DNA from: an uncultured delta proteobacterium
GTDB lineage: Bacteria; Desulfobacterota; Binatia; UBA9968
Assembly: GCA_963737905.1 (NCBI GenBank)
Contig: CAVTUQ010000002.1
Coordinates: 544,001 to 608,000, forward strand
DNA length: 64,000 bases
Direction of reading: 5' to 3'
How positions within the stretch are numbered: position 1 is the stretch's first letter; each line of letters opens with the position of its first letter. Both the position numbers and the translations under genes were made by a program. The notes beneath the pieces are model-generated. The model worked only from the letters and a program-made list of their open reading frames with translations. It was not told the DNA's origin and searched no databases. Of the stretch, positions 40,647 to 49,394 are shown piece after piece.

Positions 40647-40788
40647 CGTTCAAAGCGTTCAAGCCGTTGGGAAGAATCCGGAATCGATTTGAACGACTTG
40701 AACGTTTTGAACGCATTGAACCAGGGTCGAATATAGATCAGCAGGCCTGCCCACAACAAGAGGCATACCCGTCGTTCGCGCCGGGAGC
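40647..40788. repeat. Right copy of the direct repeat (distal part, split by IS3)
   Basis: Matches ~34319-34459 with few substitutions. Confidence 0.9.
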
Positions 40789-40868
40789 CTGGGCAGACCT
40801 GGACAATTCCTCCGAGCTTGGATAGTCATCGAAACACGGAGGTGTCAGACGCGGCCGGCCGGCGATAA

Positions 40869-40999
40869 GAGACTGTGTCGCAATTCGGTTCATGGTTCGA
40901 GAGCCTCACCACAAACGGAATTGGTGACGTACAAAATTGGGTACTTGCCCGTTCGTCCTGAGGCTCTCGAAGGACGAACTCCGATTGCGAGATAGTCTC
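40869..40999. mobile_element. MITE-like element (131 bp) with 16-bp imperfect terminal inverted repeats
   Basis: gagactgtgtcgcaat .. attgcgagatagtctc enclosing a REP-like core related to 9317-9397; abuts the RBS of 41013. Confidence 0.6.
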
Positions 41000-41012
41000 A
41001 TAGGAGGAATAA

Positions 41013-42209
41013 ATGGCAAGCGAACGGGTTTTAGGTGTTGGCGTAATCGGCCTCGGCGGGGCGTCCCTCGCCATGATCCCAAAGTTTGTCCGGAATCCCA
41101 ACTTTCGCATTGCCGCGGCGGCGGATATCGACACCGAGATCATGAACCGGTTCCGCAAGGACTTTCCGGATGCGGAGACCTATGACGATGCCGCCAGGCT
41201 GTGCGCGAGCAGTAACGTCGATCTGGTCTACATTGCGACGCCGAACCGGTTTCACGCCGAACACGCGGCCATGGCCTTGGAGAGCGCGAAGCACGTTCTC
41301 ATCGAGAAGCCGATGGCGATCGATATCGCGGGAGCCGAGCAGATGATCGCCACTGCGAAGCGCAACGGCGTGTTGCTGGGCGTCAACGTTAAACACAGCT
41401 TCGAGCCGCGCGTGCTGCGCTTGCGCGAGATGGCGCGCAACGGCGAACTTGGCAGGCTCCGCATGATCAACAGCTGGCGTTTCGCCGACTGGCTCTACCG
41501 CCCACGCACCGCCGAAGAGCTGACTCCCGAATTCGGCGGCGGCATCTTGTGGCGCCAGGGAGCGCACCACTTCGACCTCATCAGAACGATCGCCGGCGGA
41601 ATGGTGCGCAGCCTGCGCGGCAGCGCCGACATCTGGGACCCGAACCGGCGCGTGCCCGGTTGCTACACCGCATACCTCGATTTCGAAGATGGGACAGTGG
41701 CCACCGCCGTCTGTAGCGGGTACGACCACTTTAACTCCATGGAGTTTGTGCAAGGGGGGTTTTCGGTTGATCCCGCAAACCACGCCAAGGCGCGGCGCGA
41801 ATTGCGCGCGGCGCCCGACGTTGATTGGGAGGTGCGGGCCGCGCGCGAGGAACGCTACGGCGGCGCGCGCACGAGGCAGAACGAGCCCCAGCCAGCACAG
41901 CCGTCTTTGGGGTGGATTATGGGCGGGCCGTTGATCGCAAGTTTCGATAAGGGAGACGTACGCATGACTCCCGGCGGTCTCATGGTGTATGGCGACGACG
42001 AGTTACACGAGATCAAACTCGGCGTCAAAGGGGAGGACGGGCGCGACGGGCGCATCAATACATTCTACGATGCGATCGTGCGCGGCCGGCCGCTGCCCGC
42101 CGACGGCGCTTGGGGAATGGCCACCTTGGAAGTGCTCCTGGCGATCGAAGAGTCCAGCAGGACGCGTAAGGAAGCCTTTCTCCGGCACCAGGTGCCTACG
42201 ATCGACTAG
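41013..42209 (+). CDS. Gfo/Idh/MocA oxidoreductase, phthalate 4,5-cis-dihydrodiol dehydrogenase-like
   Basis: GVIGLG, IATPN, EKP, and WLYRPRTAEEL..GGGIL..QGAH motif. Confidence 0.85.
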   Translation: MASERVLGVGVIGLGGASLAMIPKFVRNPNFRIAAAADIDTEIMNRFRKDFPDAETYDDAARLCASSNVDLVYIATPNRFHAEHAAMALESAKHVLIEKPMAIDIAGAEQMIATAKRNGVLLGVNVKHSFEPRVLRLREMARNGELGRLRMINSWRFADWLYRPRTAEELTPEFGGGILWRQGAHHFDLIRTIAGGMVRSLRGSADIWDPNRRVPGCYTAYLDFEDGTVATAVCSGYDHFNSMEFVQGGFSVDPANHAKARRELRAAPDVDWEVRAAREERYGGARTRQNEPQPAQPSLGWIMGGPLIASFDKGDVRMTPGGLMVYGDDELHEIKLGVKGEDGRDGRINTFYDAIVRGRPLPADGAWGMATLEVLLAIEESSRTRKEAFLRHQVPTID

Positions 42210-42324
42210 CGAAGTCGTTTCCTCGCGCTCTTCGCGGCCCGAACCACAACCGCCGTCCCGGTATGTGGATCCGCTCTAATGTGAGTGGCCGACTCGTGAT
42301 TGCGGAGGAACCCGCGAACAGTGA

Positions 42325-42735
42325 TCAGGATGGCATCACACAGGGAATAACCTGTCGGCTATGGCGGCGATAGAAGCGGAAGTCGGAATCCGTGGTAAGT
42401 ACGATGGGATCGGAAAGTGTTTCGGTCATACGCACCAGGCAGGCATCGGCGAGGCTCATGGGCACATCGGCGTATTTCTGCAACAGTTTCAGCACGGATT
42501 CCATATCGTCGTTGAAGTCGAAATTCACGAGCACAGCACGGCGTTGAAGCAAAGTGCTGAGCGCAGGGGCCCCACGCCTGCCAAGAAGGTGGAAAGCTTC
42601 GGACAGGACGGCTTCGCAAGTGCGCCAGGGGGGAGCGTGTTGGGTTGCTTGGCTTACTGCCCACGGGTGATGCGAGTCGCGGCGGCTGAGCAAAGCCACT
42701 AAAAAGCCAGCATCAACGAGCAGATTTCCGGCCAT
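42325..42735 (-). CDS. vapC: VapC PIN-domain toxin
   Basis: LVDAGFLVA, EAVLSEA, MSLADACLV, TTDSDF. Confidence 0.9.
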   Translation of the reverse strand: MAGNLLVDAGFLVALLSRRDSHHPWAVSQATQHAPPWRTCEAVLSEAFHLLGRRGAPALSTLLQRRAVLVNFDFNDDMESVLKLLQKYADVPMSLADACLVRMTETLSDPIVLTTDSDFRFYRRHSRQVIPCVMPS

Positions 42736-42970
42736 ATCCGGTGGTTTTTAAATAACGCTTCTTGCGCGCACTCAGGTCCGCGGGCAAACCCGTCACCGAG
42801 CCGACGAGATCAGCAATCGCATCGAGTGGCGTCGATCGACTCGGTCCGTCGCGGCCGGCTTGCTGCAGGCGCTCTCGGACGACATCGGACTTAGAGCACT
42901 TCCGCCCGCGCGATTCCGCTTCGATTTCGGCCACGAGCGGCTCTGGCAAGCGTACGGTGATCGTTTTCAT
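42713..42970 (-). CDS. vapB: CopG/RHH antitoxin
   Basis: MKTITVRLPE..SKSDVVRE; overlaps the PIN gene. Confidence 0.85.
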   Translation of the reverse strand: MKTITVRLPEPLVAEIEAESRGRKCSKSDVVRERLQQAGRDGPSRSTPLDAIADLVGSVTGLPADLSARKKRYLKTTGYGRKSAR

Positions 42971-43005
42971 CTAGCAAGTGTATTACATAGCTGGCAGCAC
43001 CGCAA
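42971..43005 (-). promoter_or_regulatory. Putative leaderless sigma70 promoter with TGTAATACA operator
   Basis: TTGCGG, 17 bp, TACACT, 6 bp, ATG; the palindrome overlaps the -10. Confidence 0.55.
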
Positions 43006-43086
43006 GACAGAAGGCCATGGTCGAGTGGGGAAAAGAATACAAAGAGGATTCGGGCTCCCGATTGCCAGTCGCAATGCGAATATGAA

Positions 43087-44109
43087 TTACGTCGAATGGG
43101 ACCCTGTTTTTTCCAGTGCAAAGGCTTGCGCCAAAAGCTCGTAGGAGCGATGGCGCGGTGCGGGATCGTAAGTCCATGTGACCACGACCAGCTCGTCGAG
43201 CTCTAAACTTTTCGCGACTTCTTTCAGTCGCGCGGCCACTTGCTCTCGAGAGCCGACAATCGCCTTGCGGCGGAGCTTCTCGGCAGTCGCCATCTCCGCG
43301 GGAGAATACGGCCGCTCGGCTTCCTCGGGCGGCAGGAGCGGCAGACGGATGCCTTGTCGACGATCGACGATCGCGCGTTCGCGGGCTTTGAACTGGTGCA
43401 GTGCTTCTTCTTCCGTGTCGGCTGCCAGTGCCCAGATACAAATCGTGGCGATCGGCTTTGGATTCATTTCGCTGGGGCGATAATTCTCGCGGTAAAGATC
43501 CAGCGCCTGCTCCACGCCGGTACCCTCGCTGAAAAAGTATGCGAACGCGTAGGGCAAGCCAAAATACGCCGCGAGTTGAGCACCATAGTCCGAGCTGCCG
43601 AGAATCCATAGTTCAGGACTGCTTGGCCCTGTCGGCTGGGCGACGACGCTATGGAAGGGGTGCTTCTCGGGCAGCGGAGTTCCGGAAACCCAGTGTCGCA
43701 GCTCCTGCACTTGCCGGGGAAATTGGTCGAGGACGTTCTGGGGGTTGGGATTCAGGGCATAGGACGTTAATTGATCTGAACCGGGGGCACGGCCGATTCC
43801 CAGGTCGATGCGGCCTGGAGCGATCGCCTCCAGGACACGGAACTGCTCGGCAACTTTCAGAGCGGAATAATGCGGCAGCATGACGCCCGCGCTGCCGACA
43901 CGGATACGCGGTGTGGTGGCCGCGATCGCAGCCATGAGTATCTCGGGCGCGGTGCCGACGATACTGCCGGAGTTGTGGTGCTCCGAGACCCAGAACCGAT
44001 GATAACCCAGCGCGTCGCAATGGCGGGCGAGTTCGAGGGTCTCGCGGATCGCAACGTCCTGCGCTCTCCCCTTGGACGTCGTTGATTGATCCAGTACTGA
44101 CAATCTCAT
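43087..44109 (-). CDS. Luciferase-like (LLM) flavin-dependent oxidoreductase
   Basis: RLSVLDQS, RFWVSEHH, GVMLPHY, GRIDLGIGRAPG. Confidence 0.92.
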   Translation of the reverse strand: MRLSVLDQSTTSKGRAQDVAIRETLELARHCDALGYHRFWVSEHHNSGSIVGTAPEILMAAIAATTPRIRVGSAGVMLPHYSALKVAEQFRVLEAIAPGRIDLGIGRAPGSDQLTSYALNPNPQNVLDQFPRQVQELRHWVSGTPLPEKHPFHSVVAQPTGPSSPELWILGSSDYGAQLAAYFGLPYAFAYFFSEGTGVEQALDLYRENYRPSEMNPKPIATICIWALAADTEEEALHQFKARERAIVDRRQGIRLPLLPPEEAERPYSPAEMATAEKLRRKAIVGSREQVAARLKEVAKSLELDELVVVTWTYDPAPRHRSYELLAQAFALEKTGSHST

Positions 44110-44374
44110 GGGTGCCTGGTTGAGCGGGTTAATTATTCTCTAGCAGGTGAGAATGAGCGATGGCAATGGCTGATAGCCCGCAAAGTAAACGGCGCAGCCT
44201 GTCTAGATTTCTCGAAGTGAAAATCTCTATGAGTATCCATCGCTGCGGGCAAGGACGCGCGATGCTATTCTGGGCTGGAGAACGCTGTCGACGGGACGGA
44301 CAAGCCGATTCCATCCAGTCAACAACGTCGGTTAACTAGAGCGGGAAGAGTCGAAGACGATCACCGGCTTGTGT

Positions 44375-46057
44375 CTACGGCAGCACGGGGCTTGTGCTGC
44401 GCGCCACTTTGCCGGGATAAGCGCCGGTGTGTTGGCCCCGTTCTATCAGCACTTGGCCGTTCACTACAGTCCACTCGATCCCTTGAGCGAGTTGTTTGCG
44501 GCGCTTGGCTCCGCCCGGCAAGTCATGCGCCTCGCCCGGTTCCAGCGGGCTGATAGTCGCCGGATCGAAGACCATCAGGTCTGCAGCCATGCCTGAACGC
44601 ACCAGGCCCCGGTCGTAAAATCCGAAGAGCGACGCGGGCACGAAAGTGAGCTTTCGGATGGCGTCCTCCAGCGACATTATTTTTTTCTCCCGGACCCAGT
44701 GAGACAACAAATAGGTGGAGTAGCTATAGTCAGTGCGAAAAACCACGTGGGCTCCGCCGTCCGACTGCCCGATGATGGTGTACGGACTGGTGAGCAGCGC
44801 AGTCATGGCGGCTTCATCGCTGTTGACTTCCCGCCGTTCGAACTCTGTTTCCAGATTTTCCTCCAGCGCCAGGTCGAGGAACGCGTCGAGCACATCCTTG
44901 TTCTGTTCCCGCGCGATCTCGGCTATGCTCTTGCCCTTGAGGTGCTGATTTTTCGCCAGTGCGGGTCGGAACACGAACTGCAAGTCCCAGCGGCGCGTGA
45001 AGTCACCGGCGTGGCTGGGATTATTAGGCGTCTCGACGGCCTCCAGGTGTAGCTTGGCGCGGGTCTCCGGGTCGCGAAACAATTCTTTGCGTTGCTCCAG
45101 AGGGAGCAGCATGACGGTTTTCCAGGTCGCCATGGCGTCGAAGTGCTGCGCGGTCTTCAGCGTATAGCGCAGGTCTCCCGGTCGGGGCATGACGAACTGG
45201 TAGGCGCGATGTCCCTGGCGCATCATGTTCTCGGCTTCCGTCAACTGCTTGCGCCATTTATCCGGTGCCACCGCCTGCTGCGTGATGTTGCCATAGAAAA
45301 CCGGCCGCCGGCTGGCCTTGGCTAGCTTCGCGCTGATAGTGCGGTCTCCGCCAAACTGGATCACGCCGCGCCCTACTTCGTCGGGCACAGCCGCCACGGC
45401 GAAGATCTCCTCCTCGGAGGCGAGATTAGTCGGCGCCAGCCGGCCATTCCAGTCAAAATGGCGCAGATTGCGCTCGAAGGAGAGGCCTACGGCGCCGGCC
45501 TCTAACCCTTCGCGGACGATCGCCTTCATGGCCAGAACCTCGTCATCGGTGGCATGCCGCTCCTGAGAAGCTTCACCCATCACGTAGCGACGCACGGCCG
45601 AGTGGCCGATGAGGGCAGCGACGTTTATGCCCAGCCGTTGGTCCAGAGTGTCAAGATACTCGGGGATTGTTTCCCAGGACCAGTTGACCCCGGCCTGAAT
45701 CGCTTCCAGCGGGATCGCCTCCACATGAGACAGAACTCCGGCCAGCATCTCGCGATCTTCTCGATGGGCGGGGGCCATCGCCAGAGAACAGTTGCCCATG
45801 ACGACGGTAGTAATGCCGTGATAGCAAGAGTAGGTGCAAAGTGGATCCCAGGTGACCTGGGCATCGTAATGCGTATGGTTGTCGATGATTCCCGGAGCGA
45901 CCACCAAGCCATCCGCATTCAGCGTTTGACGCGCATCTCCGCTCACTTTTCCGACCTCGGTAATACGGCCCCCGCTGACCGCGACATCACCGTGGAAGCC
46001 CGGCAGGCCGGAACCGTCGATAATATTGCCATTTTTGATAATCAGGTCGTGTGCCAT
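44375..46057 (-). CDS. N-acyl-D-amino acid deacylase-like amidohydrolase
   Basis: PGIIDNHTHYDAQ, VMGNC, SDGGAH, ADLMVFDP. Confidence 0.9.
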   Translation of the reverse strand: MAHDLIIKNGNIIDGSGLPGFHGDVAVSGGRITEVGKVSGDARQTLNADGLVVAPGIIDNHTHYDAQVTWDPLCTYSCYHGITTVVMGNCSLAMAPAHREDREMLAGVLSHVEAIPLEAIQAGVNWSWETIPEYLDTLDQRLGINVAALIGHSAVRRYVMGEASQERHATDDEVLAMKAIVREGLEAGAVGLSFERNLRHFDWNGRLAPTNLASEEEIFAVAAVPDEVGRGVIQFGGDRTISAKLAKASRRPVFYGNITQQAVAPDKWRKQLTEAENMMRQGHRAYQFVMPRPGDLRYTLKTAQHFDAMATWKTVMLLPLEQRKELFRDPETRAKLHLEAVETPNNPSHAGDFTRRWDLQFVFRPALAKNQHLKGKSIAEIAREQNKDVLDAFLDLALEENLETEFERREVNSDEAAMTALLTSPYTIIGQSDGGAHVVFRTDYSYSTYLLSHWVREKKIMSLEDAIRKLTFVPASLFGFYDRGLVRSGMAADLMVFDPATISPLEPGEAHDLPGGAKRRKQLAQGIEWTVVNGQVLIERGQHTGAYPGKVARSTSPVLP

Positions 46058-46345
46058 TGCTCCTCCTCTGCGGCAGGTTGGCGTCGCAGCCATTTCCTTA
46101 CTGCCGCTGACCGTTTGCGGGCCTGGCCCTTGTATTGGGACGAAGGTATTCGATGACCCGCTCCCTGTCAATAATAATATAAAACTGCCCGAGCTTCCTG
46201 TGCGAAAACGATTGTTGGAGTCGATCTTGGACTTTGGGACTAGCGCTTTTTTTCTGAGTAGTGCGAAAATCGCTAAGCGATTTCTTCGCCCCGGTAACTT
46301 TTCGCGAGAATCTGCATCGGGTTGAGGGTACGACGGCCAATCCAG

Positions 46346-47548
46346 CTATGGAACAACCAAGCGAGCAGTCTCCCGGGCGATGATCAATTCCTCCTCGGTG
46401 TGAACTACGAAGGCGTTCGGTCTGGAATCCGCAGCGGAAATCCGGCCGTCCCGACCGATGGTTTTAGAGTTCGCTGCTGAATCCAATTTGAGGCCGCACC
46501 ATTCCATATTTTGGCAGATTTTTTCACGAACCGCCGGCGAATTCTCGCCAATTCCGCCGCTGAAAATAACTGCCTCCGCCCCACCCACAACCGCCAAATA
46601 AGCGCCCAGATATTTTCGAGCCCGATAGCAGAACGCTTCCACGGCGAGCCGGGCACGTGGATTCCCGTCATACGCCGCCATCAATTCACGCATATCATTG
46701 GAAACTCCCGAAATGCCCAGCAATCCGGAGCGCGTGTTCAGCCAGTGCTCTACCTCGGCGGCGTCTACTTTCTCCTCATGGGCGAGATAGCTCACCAGCG
46801 CCGGATCCAAATCGCCGGACCGCGTTCCCATCACCAAGCCTTCAAGGGGAGTGAATCCCATCGACGTATCCCGGGACTCACCGCCGCGAATAGCGCAGGC
46901 CGAGCAGCCGTTGCCTAAATGAACCGTTACGATGTTAATTTGCTCCTTAGCCGCACCCGTCAGCTCGCCGTAGCGCAAGACTGAATACTGGTGCGCCAGT
47001 CCATGGAAGCCGTAGCGTCGAATACGATGTTTCGTAGACAGTTCGTGAGGAATGGCATACATCGACGCATGCTCCGGTAAGGTGCGATGAAAAGAAGTAT
47101 CGAATGCCGCAACCATCGGCGTCGCGGCGCCGAGCACAGATCGGGCGGCACGAATACCGCTCACGCTCGCGGGGTTGTGGAGTGGGGCGATCTCACAAAG
47201 CGCATCGAGGGCATCGATCACCTGCTCATCGATGCAAACGGAACGGGTGAACCGGTCGCCGCCATGAACGACCCGATGCCCTACCGCATCGAAAACCCGC
47301 AGTCGCGGATTCGACCTCAACCATTCGATGACTTTACCGACCGCTTCCTCATGGTCACGCACCGCTACCGACTCCTGCTTCTCAGTGTAGCCGACTGCTT
47401 CAAATCGAACCGATGACGCGCCGCCTATGCGGTCAACAATACCGCGCGCCAGCTTTACATCGTCGGCGGTCGACTTAGGCGCTGCTGCCATCTCGATAAG
47501 TTGGAATTTGAGGGTCGAGCTGCCGCAGTTAAGTACCAGAATCTTCAT
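46346..47548 (-). CDS. ackA: Acetate kinase
   Basis: MKILVLNCGSSTLK, GHRVVHGG, APLHN, YGFHG, HLGNG, GTRSGD, GGIGEN. Confidence 0.96.
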   Translation of the reverse strand: MKILVLNCGSSTLKFQLIEMAAAPKSTADDVKLARGIVDRIGGASSVRFEAVGYTEKQESVAVRDHEEAVGKVIEWLRSNPRLRVFDAVGHRVVHGGDRFTRSVCIDEQVIDALDALCEIAPLHNPASVSGIRAARSVLGAATPMVAAFDTSFHRTLPEHASMYAIPHELSTKHRIRRYGFHGLAHQYSVLRYGELTGAAKEQINIVTVHLGNGCSACAIRGGESRDTSMGFTPLEGLVMGTRSGDLDPALVSYLAHEEKVDAAEVEHWLNTRSGLLGISGVSNDMRELMAAYDGNPRARLAVEAFCYRARKYLGAYLAVVGGAEAVIFSGGIGENSPAVREKICQNMEWCGLKLDSAANSKTIGRDGRISAADSRPNAFVVHTEEELIIARETARLVVP

Positions 47549-47603
47549 GTCATCACTGCCAGGATGATAGCGCCGATCACGCCTTATCTCAGCTTGATTT
47601 GAG

Positions 47604-48089
47604 TTAGAGCTTGTAACCGATCTTGCGCAACAAGTCCTTGCGCCAAGTAATGCCCTGGGCATCTTCGACGCCCTTGCTCTTGCCTCCGTCGATGACGCCC
47701 AGAATCCCGCGTCCCTGGTCGGTCTCAGCAATCACGACTTCCACGGGGTTCGCCGTTGCGCAGAAGATCCGGCATACCTCGGGAACCATTTTGATCGTGT
47801 TCAGCACGTTCACCGGGAAGAAGCCGGGGCCGAGGAAGAGTATGAAGCTGTGTCCCGCGGAAAGACTAAGAGCATTACGCTTTGCCAGCTCAATCATGGA
47901 ATCATCCGTGCCGGTCCAACGCACCAGCATTTCGCCTGAGGCCTCGCAGAAGGCAAGGCCGAACTTGATTCCGGGAACCGTCTGGACCATCGATTCGTGG
48001 ATGTCCTCGACGGTCTTGATAAAGTGACTCTGTCCTAGAATGAAATTAATGTCGTCCGGCTTTTCGATCTTGATCGTCGTGAGTTGCAT
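47604..48089 (-). CDS. Adenosine-specific kinase family (DUF355)
   Basis: GQSHFIKTVED, FCEASG, FCATANP, GRGILGVIDG, IGYKL. Confidence 0.88.
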   Translation of the reverse strand: MQLTTIKIEKPDDINFILGQSHFIKTVEDIHESMVQTVPGIKFGLAFCEASGEMLVRWTGTDDSMIELAKRNALSLSAGHSFILFLGPGFFPVNVLNTIKMVPEVCRIFCATANPVEVVIAETDQGRGILGVIDGGKSKGVEDAQGITWRKDLLRKIGYKL

Positions 48090-48147
48090 GTGAATAAAAG
48101 TTGCGAGGTGGATGAATCACCTTCTCCGCCGCGCCGTCATCCCGTCA

Positions 48148-49047
48148 TCAAACGGCTCGAACAACCAGAATCGGGTCGCCGGAGTGACGCACGACGGTTT
48201 CGGTTATGCTGCCCAACATCCAACGTTTCACGCCCGACCGTCCATGAGTGCACATGGCGATCAGGTTGTCCGGGGATTTACGCGACAGCGAGATGATCTG
48301 ATCCGCGGCAAAGCCTTCTTGGGCGACATAGGAAACGTTGGCGATCCCCAATTTTTTCACCGCCTCCGTCCTTTTCTCGAGATAGTCGACTGCTTCTTCT
48401 CGCATTGCCGTAAGCAGTTCCTCGTAGTTGACCGCGTCGTAGCCCTCGCCATCGGCGTAAGCACCGGTGGGAATGTTGTAAGCCCGGAACAAGACAACCG
48501 CGAGCTTCAATGTCTTTGCCAGTTCCGCTACCGTGGGCAGCACGCTTTCCGCCAACTCGGAGCCATCCAGAGGTACCACGATGGATTTTAAAGTCGCCTC
48601 CGCTTTCGCCTCTTCCGTGGCTCTAACTAGGAGCAGGGGGTTGGTCGCACCGCGCAAAACTTTTTCTGCAACACTCCCCAATAGCCACCGGTTGATCCCC
48701 GATCGGCCATGCGTGGCCATGGTGACAAGCGCGCCCTTGTCCACCGCTGCGGTTTCGATAATCGCCTGTTCGGCCTTGCCCTTCTCCACCGTACATTTTG
48801 TATTGGCGCCTGGAAACATACTGGCAACCCTTTTGAGGTATTGTTCACTGCTTCGCGCGCTATCTTCGATCATCGTATCGAGGTGGCGGGCTCTCTCAGC
48901 AGAGATATGGGTTGCCATTTCGGCAATGTCGACGACTGCGAGCAGTTCTATGGGAAGCTTCAATGCCCCCGCCAGAAAGCGAGCATAGGGGAGCACTTTT
49001 TCTGCCGTCTTCGAACCGTCCAGTGGTATAAGTATTCGGGTAAACAT
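48148..49047 (-). CDS. Universal stress protein (tandem USP domains)
   Basis: Two PLDGS and two THGRSG..GS motifs. Confidence 0.93.
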   Translation of the reverse strand: MFTRILIPLDGSKTAEKVLPYARFLAGALKLPIELLAVVDIAEMATHISAERARHLDTMIEDSARSSEQYLKRVASMFPGANTKCTVEKGKAEQAIIETAAVDKGALVTMATHGRSGINRWLLGSVAEKVLRGATNPLLLVRATEEAKAEATLKSIVVPLDGSELAESVLPTVAELAKTLKLAVVLFRAYNIPTGAYADGEGYDAVNYEELLTAMREEAVDYLEKRTEAVKKLGIANVSYVAQEGFAADQIISLSRKSPDNLIAMCTHGRSGVKRWMLGSITETVVRHSGDPILVVRAV

Positions 49048-49166
49048 AAGCACCTCCAGTGGCTTTTCTGGTGATCTCTTCCTGGGTTCATCGAAGGGAC
49101 GGACCAAGGATCAGTCAAGCAAGCCTCTCCTCTGTGACTACCGTATCTACGCTAGCGATGAATCGA

Positions 49167-49286
49167 TCAGTCCACTTTCACTTCTTTGGCCTTGGCCTCC
49201 TCCGTCCTGGATAGCCTCACCTCCAAAATGGCGTTCTTAAAGGTCGCCTTTACTTTATCCGTATGAATATCCTTCGGCAACTCCAG
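49167..49286 (-). pseudogene. Hsp20/alpha-crystallin C-terminal remnant
   Basis: LELPKDIHTDKVKATFKNAILEVRLSRTEEAKAKEVKVD; no N-terminal part. Confidence 0.75.
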
Positions 49287-49394
49287 GGGGCCTCAACCCA
49301 CTAAGATTGGATCAGGAAATCATCTCGCTAGAATATTGATTCGTTTCGCAAACCTATGATACGGATGCAAGGAACCGGGGAGGAGAATTGACCC

